A stretch of DNA of 64,000 nucleotides from the human T2T-CHM13v2.0 reference genome, Homo sapiens: assembly GCF_009914755.1 (NCBI RefSeq), contig NC_060925.1; one strand, written 5' to 3'. The position numbers and the translations under genes were made by a program. Positions 25,581-39,043 of this stretch are shown here, in pieces (positions within the stretch are counted from its first letter, which is position 1; each line of letters begins with the position of its first letter). Under the pieces are notes generated by a model that saw only the letters and a list, made by a program, of their open reading frames with translations, was not told the origin of the DNA and ran no database searches.

Positions 25581-27083
25581 TTTCTTTGCCTCCTCTGCAG
25601 CTTCCTAGGGCTTTGTGTATATATATATGTATATACAAATAATAATAGAAATCATAGCCCAGTAGCTCCCGAAGCATCATCTCTTGTACAGCGGCCCCTT
25701 CCTGGATCCATGCATTCTCTTGCTCATCTTTTCAGTCTGTCTTTATTAGCTGCTTGTGAGAGGAGGCATTGCAGATTCCAGGCACTGAGCGGTCCCAGCC
25801 ACCAGGGTAGGAAAAAGGACTATTTGCCTCATCTCGTTATTTATTCCCTGAATTCCAGGGAACTGCAGGGATTCCTCAGGGGTCGGGATAAAGGAGAGGG
25901 AGACCAATGCTGGCTCACAGCACATGCATACAAAAATTCATCCGTCCATGGCTATCCACGCCTATGCGTGGGTATGTAACTAACTATGGAACTGCATATG
26001 TGCAAGGAGCCCGTTCTGTCATGCCATGTGGGTCCCTGCTGCAAGCTTAGTCAGCAGACTCTCAAGGGGTCTTTCTTTGAGCCTCAGGCTGACACTCCTC
26101 TACTCCAGTGAGCAGGTGAGGAAGCATGAATACAAGCAAGAGGAGGAAAATATTTTTAGAGCCCTGCCCTGCTCATTAAAACCTGGAATCACCTTAGCAG
26201 GGTTCTAGAATGTTGGTTCATTGTAATAGGCTGTAGCTTGATGAATTTTAGAGGTGGGCCTTTATCATCAGGAAAAACAAAACAAAACACTGTTGGCTTA
26301 AAAATCTGTTGAAATTTGGCAAATGATTGGTAGTTTTGGGATGGGATAGTAAAGGCAGTGTGAGTTTCTTTAATGTAGTATCATACATACCTCACCCTCC
26401 GCATTGTCGTAAACATAATTCCACAACTAATTACTTAGAGCTACAAGATAGACAACACTAAGCAATGTGTATAACAAGCAGTTTTGGGCAGTGGGAGTAA
26501 GCTGTTCCAAAATGGACATGAGCAGCTTATATTATGAAAATATAACTACTACAAAGATACATGTTTTAAGGCTTCATTAAGAAAATCATTCTGAGACTGT
26601 AAGGGTATTTAAACTGGTACTCTGGTTCTAAGTAGGAATCCCCCCAAACTATCTCATTCGCTGAGGAATGCCCCTGAAGTCTTGTTTATAGACATTTTTC
26701 CAATTTTTGGAAGAATGATGTTAATTTTTAAGGGCAACTCATTTCTTCAGTCTAATGAAAGTGCGCATTATTTTCACAATTAAGACTCATTGTATTGCGT
26801 TGTTAATGTGTATGGAGTGCCCAGCACAGTACATGCAACACAGCAGAGTCCTTGTCTGACCTGTTCACTGCTGTGTCCCCAGCATGAGCACTGCACTGTA
26901 TTGCACATTATGGTTACTTAAGAAAAATTTGTCGAGTAAATAAACGAACTGACTCCTCTAAGTACAATGGGAAACTGTTTTCACGTAGAAAATTTGTCAA
27001 GGGTTAAGGAGTCAGAATCCGGATAAACACAGCCCACATACTTACATGGTCACACTGAAGTAAAAGGTGTAAGTTCAGCATAA

Positions 27084-27280
27084 GAGCAGTGACTCTGGTA
27101 TTGCCTCAGTGCAAATGCTAGCTCTGCCACTTACCACCTCTGGAAGCCTGGGCATGATGTCCGAACTCTTTCTGCCTTAGTTTCATCACCAGTAAAATTG
27201 AGATAATACTAGTACCTAATTTACAAGGTGGCTATAATGATTAAATGATGCTAAGCTTATTATGTCTGGCACATTTTGTA
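27084..27280 (+). mobile_element. MIR
   Basis: AAATGCTAGCTCTGCCACTTACC...CTGCCTTAGTTTCATCACCAGTAAAATTGAGATAATACTAGTACCT. Confidence 0.7.
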
Positions 27281-28362
27281 AAATTTAATTTCTACATAAA
27301 TGTATCTAACCTACCTTAAGTAACTCAGGGCATTTCAACAGCCATCACCAGTCACTTTCTTCTCATTTTATTGCTTACAGAATGATTCTGGTTGAACCCA
27401 TATTTTTGTAAGTGTGCAAATATTTTTATAGATTTGTGCACCTTCTGTCTTCTCCTTTAAATGCTATCCATCTCAGGAATAAGATATTATATTCCTTCAG
27501 AATTCTAATATCCCCCATTATTTGTCTGTTTTAGATGGTGAAAGAATGTCGTTGACTGATTCATGGTTGGATAACAATCCAGTGCTGAAATTCAAAGTTA
27601 ATATTGAATCTTAACACATGTTATAAGGATACCAGTATTAAATTCACCTTCCATGAATATTTGAGCAGACTAGATATTCATAGAAGTGGTTCAGGGTGGA
27701 TGAAAGAGCATGAGTTATGTGCCCTTGGGCTAATTCCTTTACCTTCCTAAGCCTGAGCTGCTTCGGGGGCAAAATGAAGTAATTTTTTTAACGTTTGGGT
27801 TTATTTTGGCAATTAAATGAGAATATGTGAGCTACCTGGTCCAAAGTAGGCACTTATTTAGATGTTTCTTCACTTTATTTTCTATTAAGTCACTTAAGCT
27901 AATTCTTTTCCAAAATATATCTTTCCAACTGCAAAGAATCCCTTGGAATCCTGCCTCAATTTTTACTTAAGTTTCTGGCTCTTTCTAGATGAAAAACAGC
28001 ACTACTGATATTTAATCCTTTACAATCCTGCCTGAATCCTTAATTTCATTCTTAGGCACATCATTGTGCTTTCAAATGTATTATAGCTGTCAGTCTTAGC
28101 AAAACACTGTCTTGTCCTTCAAACTGTCCCTATCTCAGCTGCTACCAACGTGAATAATCTAGATTAAAAATGTGGAATTCATAACTTTTATTTTCCAATT
28201 TCTCATCATTCATATTATAGTTAGATGTGCATGACTTAACCACTCCCACTCCCACTTTGTTTCTCCGCCATAAAACATGAACCATGGTAAATGTTAAGAC
28301 AAATCTTGGGAGAAACATTTATCAATTCCAATACCTCTCTCCACCCCAATACTGTATGCTCT

Positions 28363-28698
28363 TGGAAGAAGATGAAGATGCTTACAAGAAACAGTTCTCT
28401 CAATACATAAAGAACAGTGTAACTCCAGACATGATGGAGGAGATGTATAAGAAAGCTCATGCTGCTGTACCAGAGAATCCGGTCTATGAAAAGAAGCCCA
28501 AGAAAGAAGTTAAAAAGAAGAGGTGGAACCGTTCCAAAATGTCCCTTGCTCAGAAGAAGGATTGGGTAGCTCAAAAGAAGGCAAGCTTCCTCAGAGCTTA
28601 GGAGCGGGCTGCTGAGAGCCAAACCAAACAATTTTCTATGATGATTTTTCAGATATAGATAATAAACTGATGAACAGCAACTAAAAAAAAAAAAAAAA
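28363..28698 (+). pseudogene. RPL5: 5'-truncated processed pseudogene of ribosomal protein L5 (uL18): C-terminal coding part, 3'UTR and poly(A)
   Basis: [80 protein letters not shown] matches the RPL5 C-terminus; intronless; AATAAA at 28661; A16 tail at 28683-28698; premature TAG at 28599. Confidence 0.95.
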
Positions 28699-31600
28699 CT
28701 AGTAAGGTGCTCAACTAGCATGGGAAGATATAGTCCTCATCCATAAGGTTTATAATTCTTCTTTCACAGACAGAAGATGGATGTACAAAAAGTCAAGGTG
28801 GAGGAGACCTCTATCTTCGTAGGAAGTACAAGGACAAACTGAATAGTCCTTGAATGGGCGAGCATTGAATATTTGTGGATGGCTTAGATAAGTGAGTGTA
28901 TTCTTCCTATTTAACTTCGAAAACCTAAGGTGTCTGCTAGAAAAGTACAGTACATCTGTACCTGGCTCCTCAAGATTATTATCAGTTTGGTTCTATACAA
29001 CAAATCTTTTATTGTTGAGAGAGCTAGATTGAGATTTTCCTCTAAGGGCCAAGGATTTGACCTTCATTGGTTTATAGACATAATGTTGTTGGCAAAGACA
29101 TACCTGAGCATTTCCAAAAAAAAAATACAGAATGTTAAATGTTGATTTCCATGTGTTTCGGGTAAATAGTACATAAGCCAAGCCATTTTCCTGAAATGTT
29201 CTCATTCCATATGCAAAAACAGAGAAAAAAATTTTAGCTGAGATGGTGTAATATGAAGGATTGAGACAGTTTTACATAAGACAAACGGGAAGCATCTCCA
29301 AAAGAATAGATTTCTCCTTTAAACAACAACAACAACAGCAACAAAACCTGTATTCATAATGTCAAACCTGAGCTAGAGATAGTTAAGGAGATTCAAGGGT
29401 GCACAAAGTTAGATGAGTATGAACTAATGAGGAACTTCAAATATTAACATATAGATTGGTGGAAGATCTCATAGGGGAAAATTTGGAAAGAGATATTTTT
29501 AATAGACCAGGTAACTGCTTTCAGAATAAGTAAGAGTATCTGGTATTTTATTCTAAAATTATTTAAAAGCCTACAAAAGGCAGTATCTAGCAGCTTATTA
29601 CTGGACTGAATCTGGAGAATGAACAAATACACTAGTCTACTAACTCCCAGACTACTTGATGTGAGGAATGCCCCTGAAGCTTGAATAAGAGAAATAAGAT
29701 GTAGAATCTGGTTAACTCAAGAAATGTGTGCTTAAAGACATTCACATAAATTCAAAGATACAAAATTCTGAAAGGCAAATTTGAAAAGGTAGGAACATTT
29801 GGGATTACACCCTTGACCTCTTCATATTGACATCATACGGTACTATATCCTCACAAAATGATTTCCAGTGCTTAATTTAGGTTGTAGCTGCTTTCTTAAG
29901 CAAACAGGAAGAAAAACAGCTAGGGTAGTAATTGGAGTGTCTGTCTTTGAGTTTCCAGTTGTTATGGGATATTTATCTCAAAGGCCAGATGCATCTGACC
30001 TGGACAAGTCGTATTTATCTTGGGACCGCTGAGATGTCTTTAAAATGCCTTACTCTGCGACTGTATTATAGCTTATTCTGTTCTACATTTCCAGTATTTT
30101 AAGTTTTCACTTTTAACACAGTTATCACAAACAGAACGTATATTTTATTAGAGAATCTAGTTATATTTCACCGAAGGTACAGATGTGAAATTAATGGACC
30201 AGGTGAAAAGAGCTAAAATAAAATAAAATATTAAGGCTGGGAAAGAAATGAAATACTTAACTAATATGTAAGGGGACACTCTTATGTGAACATAACATTT
30301 TTAAATTATTAAGTTAGCAAAAGTTAATTGGAACATGCTGATAATGTTTACTGTGTAAACCTGGCAATTACTTAGTCTCTCTGAGTCTCAGTTTGCTCAT
30401 CTCTAAAATTGGGTGAATGAATCTTAACTATGCAAAGATGTTGAAAAGGCTTATATTTATAAAATGCTTCATAAATAGTAAAGCATTGGGAAAATCTGCA
30501 TTAGAAAATATGTGATCAGGAAAAGAGAATGACTAATCTAAGTAGGTCCCGGGTTTTCTTCCCATCACTGGGTTCCAACTCACAAAAACTCAGATTCATC
30601 ACTGCCTGGTCTGTTTTCACATCTGTGAATATTGGATTGTTTACTATATGTGTTAATCATAAAAATACACATTGTTAAGTATAAATCCATGAGTCTATAA
30701 AATCAGAGGACGTTTCAAAATATTCAAATTCCCTGAGAATAACTATAACAATTACTAAGAAAAGTACATAAGAGTGTGTCTGTGAAATATGGTGGTTAAA
30801 TGCAAGGATTGGGGATTCAACAGATCAGAGTTTGTATCTTTGCACTGTAGAATCATGATGGTGGGGCTTGACCAGGTCATTTCAGTTTCTCAGTGTCTAC
30901 AGTATCCTAAAATGAGGATAATGTTTCCTACTTCACCGAAGTGCCTTACAGAGCCTAGGCCATTCATGATAGCCACTGATCATTACTGTGATTGTTATTC
31001 ATCACCTACACTGGTATAATTCTGCCACTGCTGAATCAGCAAAACTTTCATTGATCCATTTGGAATTGTGGCAGCATTCCTACAGAAGTGTTTTTGTAAC
31101 TTCATGTTTCTTAAAGACACTTGAAAGTCATTATTTGTGTTATGATAAATGAGGACCACTCTAAACTAAATCACAAGTCCTGTTAATACTTTGAGAAACA
31201 AAGGTTCTTTAGCACTGATACAGAACACATGGGGCAACTAAGCTGATGACAGCTGCAGGTTCTTTGTCAAAGCTACAGACTATGAATGTAATCAGCATTT
31301 GCCTGGTTGTCCTTCAGTGTCCTGTACTAGGTAAATGACTGAAATAAAAATATGACAGAAACTAGGCACTCAAAATCATTCTTTATGTTAATACTTGGAC
31401 CATAATCAACTATTAATTTTCATCTTTAAAAATTGGGATCAAGAGCAGATGAACAAATCAAGGTTCATAATCTTGATTAACGAAAACCTGATTTATTCAT
31501 AACTGGACCCCCTGCCACACTGGAAGCCTCAATTAAATGGAGAACATAATAGTATTCTGCACACCACTTTTTGAAAGAGAAGTAAACCAAAACTAATGCT

Positions 31601-32353
31601 GTTACACCTCTTCAGTAAAGTGGAGATAGTTGTGAGGATCAGAAATCTGTGAGTAAAATGGCACCCCCCCCTTTCTGACGTATAGTAGTCACTAAATAAA
31701 TAGTCTTGTTGTTGTTTCAAAAAAAACCAAACAAACATATTTCAGGCACTTTTTTACAAAATGTCCAGAGTTTACCCTGCCATCAGCACTTAAAAAATTC
31801 AATCTTCTACATCTTGTTCTGCTGCAGTAATGAACAGTAAGAACTGAACATTAAAATAATGACCCCTGTGTCAGATCATCAAAGATAAATGCAGTATATT
31901 CAGCATGTTTTGATTACTAATTTAAGAGTTCTGACAAAAAAAGAGGGTTTCTATTAATAAAAGCTGTAGTTCCCCAGGATACCCTCTTTTATGAAGTTAA
32001 CTGAGTTTTCACTATTCATGTTCTTCTATCTTTATTAGAGATCTATATTAGCCTAAAGATGTATTAAAGCAAGTCATCAGTGACTAAACAAGTGGAAATA
32101 TTTTGTACTTCTCCATTAATTGAACATGTACGGCATCATTACACATTAAGGCATTGGTTATAATGGTTGATTGATATAATGAAATGTCTTTAGAAATACT
32201 GATACAATAACAGTGATACTCAGAAAAGTAAACAAAACAATATTCACAGTGATATGCTTCTCTTCCAAATATTTTCCCCAACTTTCTTTCAAAATGACTT
32301 TGTTTAATTTCATAGTGGTACAGTATATAAATACCTATTATTAATTATTATTA

Positions 32354-32638
32354 TTTTGGGACAAAGTCTTACTCTGTAACCTAGGCTGGAGTGCAGTGGT
32401 GTGATCATGGCTCACTGCAGACTTGACCTCCTGGGCCCAAGCCATCTTCCTACTTCTGCCTCCTAAGTAGCTAGTAGCAGGTGTGCACCACTATGCCTGG
32501 CTTATTTTTTGACTTTTTTGTAGAGAGGACATCTCACTATGTTGCCTAGGCTGTTCTTGAGCTCCTGAGTTCAAGCTATCCTCCTGCCTTGGCCTCACAA
32601 AGTGCTAGGATTACAAGTGTGAGCCACTGCACCTGGCC
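32354..32638 (-). mobile_element. AluJ
   Basis: Diverged Alu, reverse orientation. Confidence 0.9.
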
Positions 32639-32658
32639 TAAATAATTATATCTATATA

Positions 32659-32999
<341 letters not shown>

Positions 33000-33691
33000 T
33001 AGTATCTTCCAATTCGACAATTATTTTCTTTCCTTAATGAAAATTATATTCCTTGCTTATAGTTGTAAACTCTTGGGGAGAATATAGCCTCATAATTTGG
33101 TAATCCATGCAAGTGTGATGAAATTTAGGGCAGGGTTTTCACCATCACCAAAATAGCATTCTGAAAATCATCTGAAATTTTTATGGAAAAACGCCCTTGA
33201 GACAATTGCAGTTCGTCCACCTTTTCATTCTTCATGACAAAATACCTCATTCAAAGCAGATGATTAGGAAACTAGACAGAGCATGAAGGAAGGTCTGTTT
33301 TTCCTAAATCTGTTATCATTCTCAAAGACAAGAAGAGCCAGAAGTGAACCTTGGATTGGGCTACAATTTGAATCCCATTCATCTTAAACAAAGAAACCAG
33401 TCCCAAAGTAATTAACTAATTGTCTGAGGTCATGTAACTACAGAGCAAGGAAGAGAACCTCTTGGTTTTCTAATTTCCAGTTTACTTTATTACTATTACT
33501 ATTTTCAGCAAGACAAAGTCATGTTTTTATCATTATCAAGTAGCTTAGTTCTTTGGACTGAGTGTATCTGTATCTATTATATTTAACTCTATCTAAATGA
33601 CTTTTTATGAGAAAGGATTCCAAGCATGTCCCATATGTAGGTTCTCTGAATCTTAGTCCAGGTGTTGTTCTACTGTAAAATGTTGCTTCTT

Positions 33692-34004
33692 GGCCAGGTG
33701 AGGTGCCTCACACCTGAAGTCCCAGCACTTTGGGAGGCAGAGGAAGAAGGATCACTTCAGCCCAGGAGTTTGATACCATCCTGGGCAACATAGCATGACC
33801 TCATTTCTACAGAAAAAAAAAAAAAAAAACTAGTTGAGCATGGAAGTGTGTGTCTATAGTCTCAGATACTCTGGAGGCTGAGGCGGGAGAATCCCTTGAG
33901 CCCCAGGAGGTTGAATGCAGTGAGCCATGATCGTGCCACTGTATTCCAGCCTGGGTGACAGAGTGAGATACTGTCTCAAAAAAAAAAAGAAAAAAAAAAA
34001 AAAA
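33692..34004 (+). mobile_element. AluJ
   Basis: Diverged dimeric Alu with A tail; flanked by GCTTCTT on both sides. Confidence 0.9.
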
Positions 34005-34597
34005 GCTTCTTTATGTATCTACCTGATTAATATAAATGTTAAGGAATAAAAGTTTATGTGGGAAATTTCAGTTTGCGTAATGGGCCTAACAACAATGTGT
34101 GTTTTTGGTTGAGAGAAATAAATGAGACAGCATATACAAATATACTTTGTAACTTGTGTTACAAAGGGATCTGCCACAGGTGTATTTGCAGTTTCACTTT
34201 TAAGCCCTGTTAACTTTTAGGATATAAGTCACTAATGGTGGCATGTCAGGGATGTGGCAAAGTGAATTTGGGACAAAGTGGACAAAATACATGATAAGCA
34301 CAGGACTTCCGTGTGCTGTTACAGCAGGCAGTACAGAGACCTCAAGAAATTTCAAGCTTGAGTCTGCAGACTTTTAAACCTAACATAATTGTAATTCTAC
34401 AGAAGCATAAAATTACTCTTTTGGAAATAGAAATGGAAGTTGCTCTTGAGTGACACAGAGTTTTCATTTTGGTGTTCAGTGGACCTGCAGATGAGGCTGT
34501 AGGTTTGAAGAGTAGGTGCCCCTATATCCCTTTAATATTTGATAATCTGTCTTGGTTACCTAACCAGGAGATTAGAGGAGAATTGGGTGTAGACACC

Positions 34598-34984
34598 TGT
34601 ATCAGGGTCTCCTTGAGCTGCCATAACAAAATAACAACAGACTGTAAACCATATAAATTTATTCTCTCATATTTGTGAACACTGGGCGTCTAAGACAAAG
34701 ACACCCATCAGGATTGGTTTCTGGTGAGGCCTCTCTTGCTGGCTTGTGGATGGCTGCCGTCTTGCCCTGTCCTCACATGGCCTTCCCCTGGTGTGTGCAC
34801 AAAGAGACATTGATTTCTGGTGTTGCTTCTCATAAGGACACAAGTCGAACCTGATTAGGGCCCCACCCTTACTACCTCATTTAACCTTAATTACCTCCTT
34901 AAAAACCCTGTCTCCAAATACCATTACATTGCAACTTATGTCTTCAACACATGAATTTAGGGGGATACAATTTAGGTTATAACA
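34598..34984 (-). mobile_element. MaLR solo LTR (MLT1A/MSTD-like)
   Basis: TGTATCAG...GCTGCCATAACAAAA...CCTCATTTAACCTTAATTACCTCCTTAAA...ATAACA. Confidence 0.8.
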
Positions 34985-36399
34985 GCTCCCGGAGTAGCTT
35001 AGACTCTACTTGGGAGGGTGTTACACACTAAATTCTACTTAGAAGAACCCACAGCTCTCCTAAGTCAACATCTTGGGATGTTTTATTAGGTTGAACTATG
35101 TGAAGTTGCCATTTCTTTAGGTGAAAAAGACTTGCTCACTGACAACTTTAATTGCATCAGTCTATACAAGGTCATGTAGGTATGCTTTATTGCTGAACTA
35201 TCTAGGTGATCTCATACATTATAACATTGAGAAATATATCATATGTACTCACTTTTAATGATATCATGCCTCCCAATCTGACAGATTTGAACTCTTTAAA
35301 GTTAAGTGTGAGACAAAGTTAATTTTTATTACCTCATTATAAAAGTCAAAAAGCACAAGTTAAAACTGAATTAATGGCACATAACTCTAATGATTTATTT
35401 GGCAAAACAACTCCACTAAAACCCCCTTCAATGTGATTTTCATACTATAAATATTGATAATGAAGGTCACTCTTACTTACAGCCAGAAGTAGGAAATGGC
35501 AAAATATGAGGAGTTTGGAATAAGCACACTCATATTTTTTAACTTTGGATTAGAAATTTAATTGCATCTTCTTGCTCATACTGATAAAGTCATATGCTAT
35601 GCTTCAGGAATTGCAACAAGTCAATTACTGACAAGCGATGGGGTCCAGTATCAACTAAGATAAGGATGCTTAGAAATCAGCTTCATCGGAAGACTTTCCT
35701 AATGCTGTCTGGACCACCCAAGCCTTTTTTGCCTTAAGTTTTGCTTCCCTCTTTCCAGTTGGATATGACTGCCTGAAAAGGAACACATAAAATTTGCATC
35801 AATCACTTATCAGCATCAGATTACATGGTGTCACCAGTTCTGCTGGTTATATTTCAAACAGATTTACCAAATTCCTGGCTTCTAGGAACTCACTCCATAA
35901 GACAACCTTGTACTAGAAAGTCATGCAACCTAGTGTTTTGCACTTGTAAAGAAACTTACTTGTTAAGAATTTATGATATGCAAAGATCTCTATTATGCAT
36001 AGTACAATAGATTATCTCTGGTCTGTTAACAAAATCATTCATAAAAAAGTCAGTATTAAGAATTTCCACACCTATGAATCAGGATGATAACAATTTCTAA
36101 ACATATATACCAGGCTACCTCAACTTTATGACAGATGGGTGGGAAAATAGACATGTTTGGCTATTTGCTATGTGACAGACACTTTACATGCTTTAATTTT
36201 ATTTAATTATTTTGAAAACCCTATGAAATTAATATCATTACTCCCTGATTTGCAAATTTTGAGTGTCAGAGTACTTTCCTACTTGCCCACAATTCATAAG
36301 CAGCAGAATTGATGTTTGAATCTAGATCTGGCTAGTTCCCAAGGTATTTCTATTGCATCATACTGACAATTTTTAATATGTTATACCAATTCCAAAAAA

Positions 36400-36770
36400 C
36401 CATTATATGTATTCAACAATATATTTGAGTAAACAAGCTGTGATATATCCATATAATAGAATACTAATGAACAATAAAAGAAAAAAAACTCCATAATTTG
36501 GATGAATCTCAAAGACATTATACTTCAGGAAGGAAGCCAGTCTCAAAAGGTTATATACTGTACTGTTCTGTTTTTATATCATTCTTAAAAAGACACATCT
36601 GTAGTGGCAGAGAGCAAATCAGTGGTTCCCAGGGCTTTGGTGTGACCATGAAAGAATATCACGAGGAAGTTCTTTGGACTGATGGAACTGTCTTGCATCT
36701 TGGTTGTTATGGTGATGATCTGAACTATATGTGTATTATAATTCATAGACCTGTATACCAAAAACATCAA
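36400..36770 (+). mobile_element. Ancient L1M 3' fragment
   Basis: TGGATGAATCTCAAAGACATTATAC...AAGCCAGTCTCAAAAGGTTATATACTGTA...ATCAGTGGTTCCCAGGG. Confidence 0.7.
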
Positions 36771-38020
36771 GGAAAAATATCTGAAACATGGAAAAAGAAG
36801 AAAGGGTGACAATATACTAAGCTTCTAATATTTTTATAGTTTTATTTTTACACAGAAGGTGACATGTTTTGTGAGAGTCTTTAGTCCCATATGGACAGAT
36901 ACATATTCTGAGGTATCTGCATTTGGCAGATGATAAACATGATGCTTACGAATAATGGAGACTGACATGTAACAGTGTTTTGAAATTGGTATGTATGGTG
37001 TTTATCCTAAGAAGTATGGTGGACACCACAGACAACAAATCAATGCATTAAGAGCAGATCCCATCCAGTAGCTGGAGAGAACTTAGTCCTTAAATCCAAT
37101 AGTTCCTTTGCAGGGTAGCCAGTGGGTGGCACAAATAGGCACCCTGTCTCAGTGATTAGGGAGACTGTACCAATTCCTGTGGAGAACTAGGGGACTACGA
37201 AAGAGGCATTGGAGGGGAACAAAACACATTTGTGTCAATCGAACCTAGAAAGTGGAGTTTGGCAGGAGGCTGGGGCTGGTGAGAGGGGAGAGTGCCAGAA
37301 TTCAATCTGGCCATATCAGATAGTAGGTCACCCTCTGACCACATCCACTGACCATGTCCACTACCTAAATCTAACAGCTTATTCAGAAATAGCTTAGGAA
37401 CTTGCATCTTTGAAGGTTAATGATAGAGGCTTGCGGGGAAGAGCTGGCTCTTTAAAGTGGTTTACTTGTAGCTTCTTAGGATTATTGAACCTTCCCAAAG
37501 GTTCAGGAATGCTATTAAATGAGTTCATGTATGTGAAGAGTACTATAAACATTAGGGTACCACACAGGAGTTAGTTATTATTAACCTTGAAATTGGGAGA
37601 CTGACTCAGTGGAATATAATTAACTAAAGGACTAACATCTGTAAGGTAACCAAAATACCAAATGCTCAGTCTTTCAAATTTTTAAACATGCATTTCAGGT
37701 AAACATAATCCATATGTGCTTATACATTGTGTAAATATTCATACCGCATATTAACAAACACATACAAATGAGTTGAAAATTGTGAATTACTCAATAAAAC
37801 CACAGCAGCCCGTCTTGATTAGAAGATTGCCCTTTCAGAGAAACCATTAAAATGCAAATATATTAAATAAATCAAATTTGGGGGGGTCAAATTTTCTGGG
37901 GACGTACAATCTTTTAGCAATATTGCATCTCTATGAAATTTCCATCTGAATTGTACTAATGATGTGCAGACTGAGAGTGCAATGAAAGAAAAATGTCTAA
38001 GACTATGGGCTTTAGCTGTA

Positions 38021-38595
38021 CCAGATGTTATATGTTCTGACAACTAAATCAAAAGGAGATGGATAAAAAATCTTGGCACACACTTTATACATATTTGCTA
38101 GGAGAGATATACTCTATAATAAGTAATTCACGGGGAAAATTAAAAAGTGTATATTATTTTTAATAAACACAATTCACATATATCAAAATATTAAGTGTAT
38201 TTACAGCATTATGCTAATATTTTTACGAGGCATACTGGGTAAAGGCCTGAGTTCTGTTTTAACAATGACCTTTTCAGGCAAAGCCCTTCTCCACCTAACT
38301 GATTCACAAGTGTTAAATCCAGAGATGTATGTTCTGACAAAAAAATCAAGATAGATAAATCTTTGCACACACTTTTTATATTTATGCTAGGAGAGATATA
38401 CCCTGTAATAAGTAATTTACAGAGGAAATAAAAAATATATATTGTTTTTGACTAACATAATCACATATATCAAAATACTAAGCATATTTACAATATGCCA
38501 ATATTTTTTACCAGGCATATTGTGTAAACGCCTGAGTTCTGTTTTAACAATGACTCTCTCAGGCAAAGCTCTGCTCCATTCAACTGATTCACAAG
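38021..38595 (+). repeat. Diverged tandem duplication, two ~280-290 bp units
   Basis: Unit 1 38021-38310, unit 2 38319-38595; shared blocks TATGTTCTGACAA, GCTAGGAGAGATATAC, GCCTGAGTTCTGTTTTAACAATGAC, AACTGATTCACAAG. Confidence 0.92.
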
Positions 38596-38867
38596 GGACA
38601 CTGAGGAGGTCACCTTTGATGTATCTGTGGCTACCAGGCTTCTCAAATGAAAGCTAAGATTTAGGCTGAGATAGTAAACAGCTATTTGGTCATGATCAGT
38701 GTCTCGTTTTGCTGAATGCATAGTCTTATCATTTTGAAGTCATCCAAGCAGTACTGTTTAAAGTCACTGTCTGAGATAACCCACTGGAGAGGAAGTCTGA
38801 CAGACTCTCAAAACACTGGTTGTTGTTGTCTTGTTGTGTTCTGTGACTTCACCTTTTTTAACCCTGA

Positions 38868-39043
38868 CAGGGCTCTCAAACTTCGCAGCTCATTGAAATT
38901 GCCTGGGGAAACTTAAAACTCTTGCTGCCCAGGTCACACCCTATACCAATTAAATCAGAATGTCTGTGGGTGGGAGCTAGGTAGTCACCGTTTTTAATAA
39001 TCCCCAGGTGATTTCAATATGTAGCGAAATTTGGGAACCACTG
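38868..39043. mobile_element. MER5A-family hAT DNA transposon
   Basis: TIRs CAGGGCTCTCAAACTT ... AATTTGGGAACCACTG; internal CCAATTAAATCAGAAT and TCCCCAGGTGATT. Confidence 0.8.

Noticed and set aside
24058-25979. Long overlapping ORFs on both strands of the CpG island (310, 218, 213, 149, 137 aa)
   Set aside because: Low-complexity Arg/Gly/Pro/Ala translations expected where GC-rich DNA lacks stops; only the 79-codon PLPPR5 exon has a recognisable product and splice donor.
28340-28720. Target-site duplication for the RPL5 retrocopy
   Set aside because: I could not find a matching direct repeat on both sides, so none is claimed.
28236-28721. 161-aa minus-strand ORF
   Set aside because: Antisense shadow of the RPL5 retrocopy, starting across its poly(A) tail.
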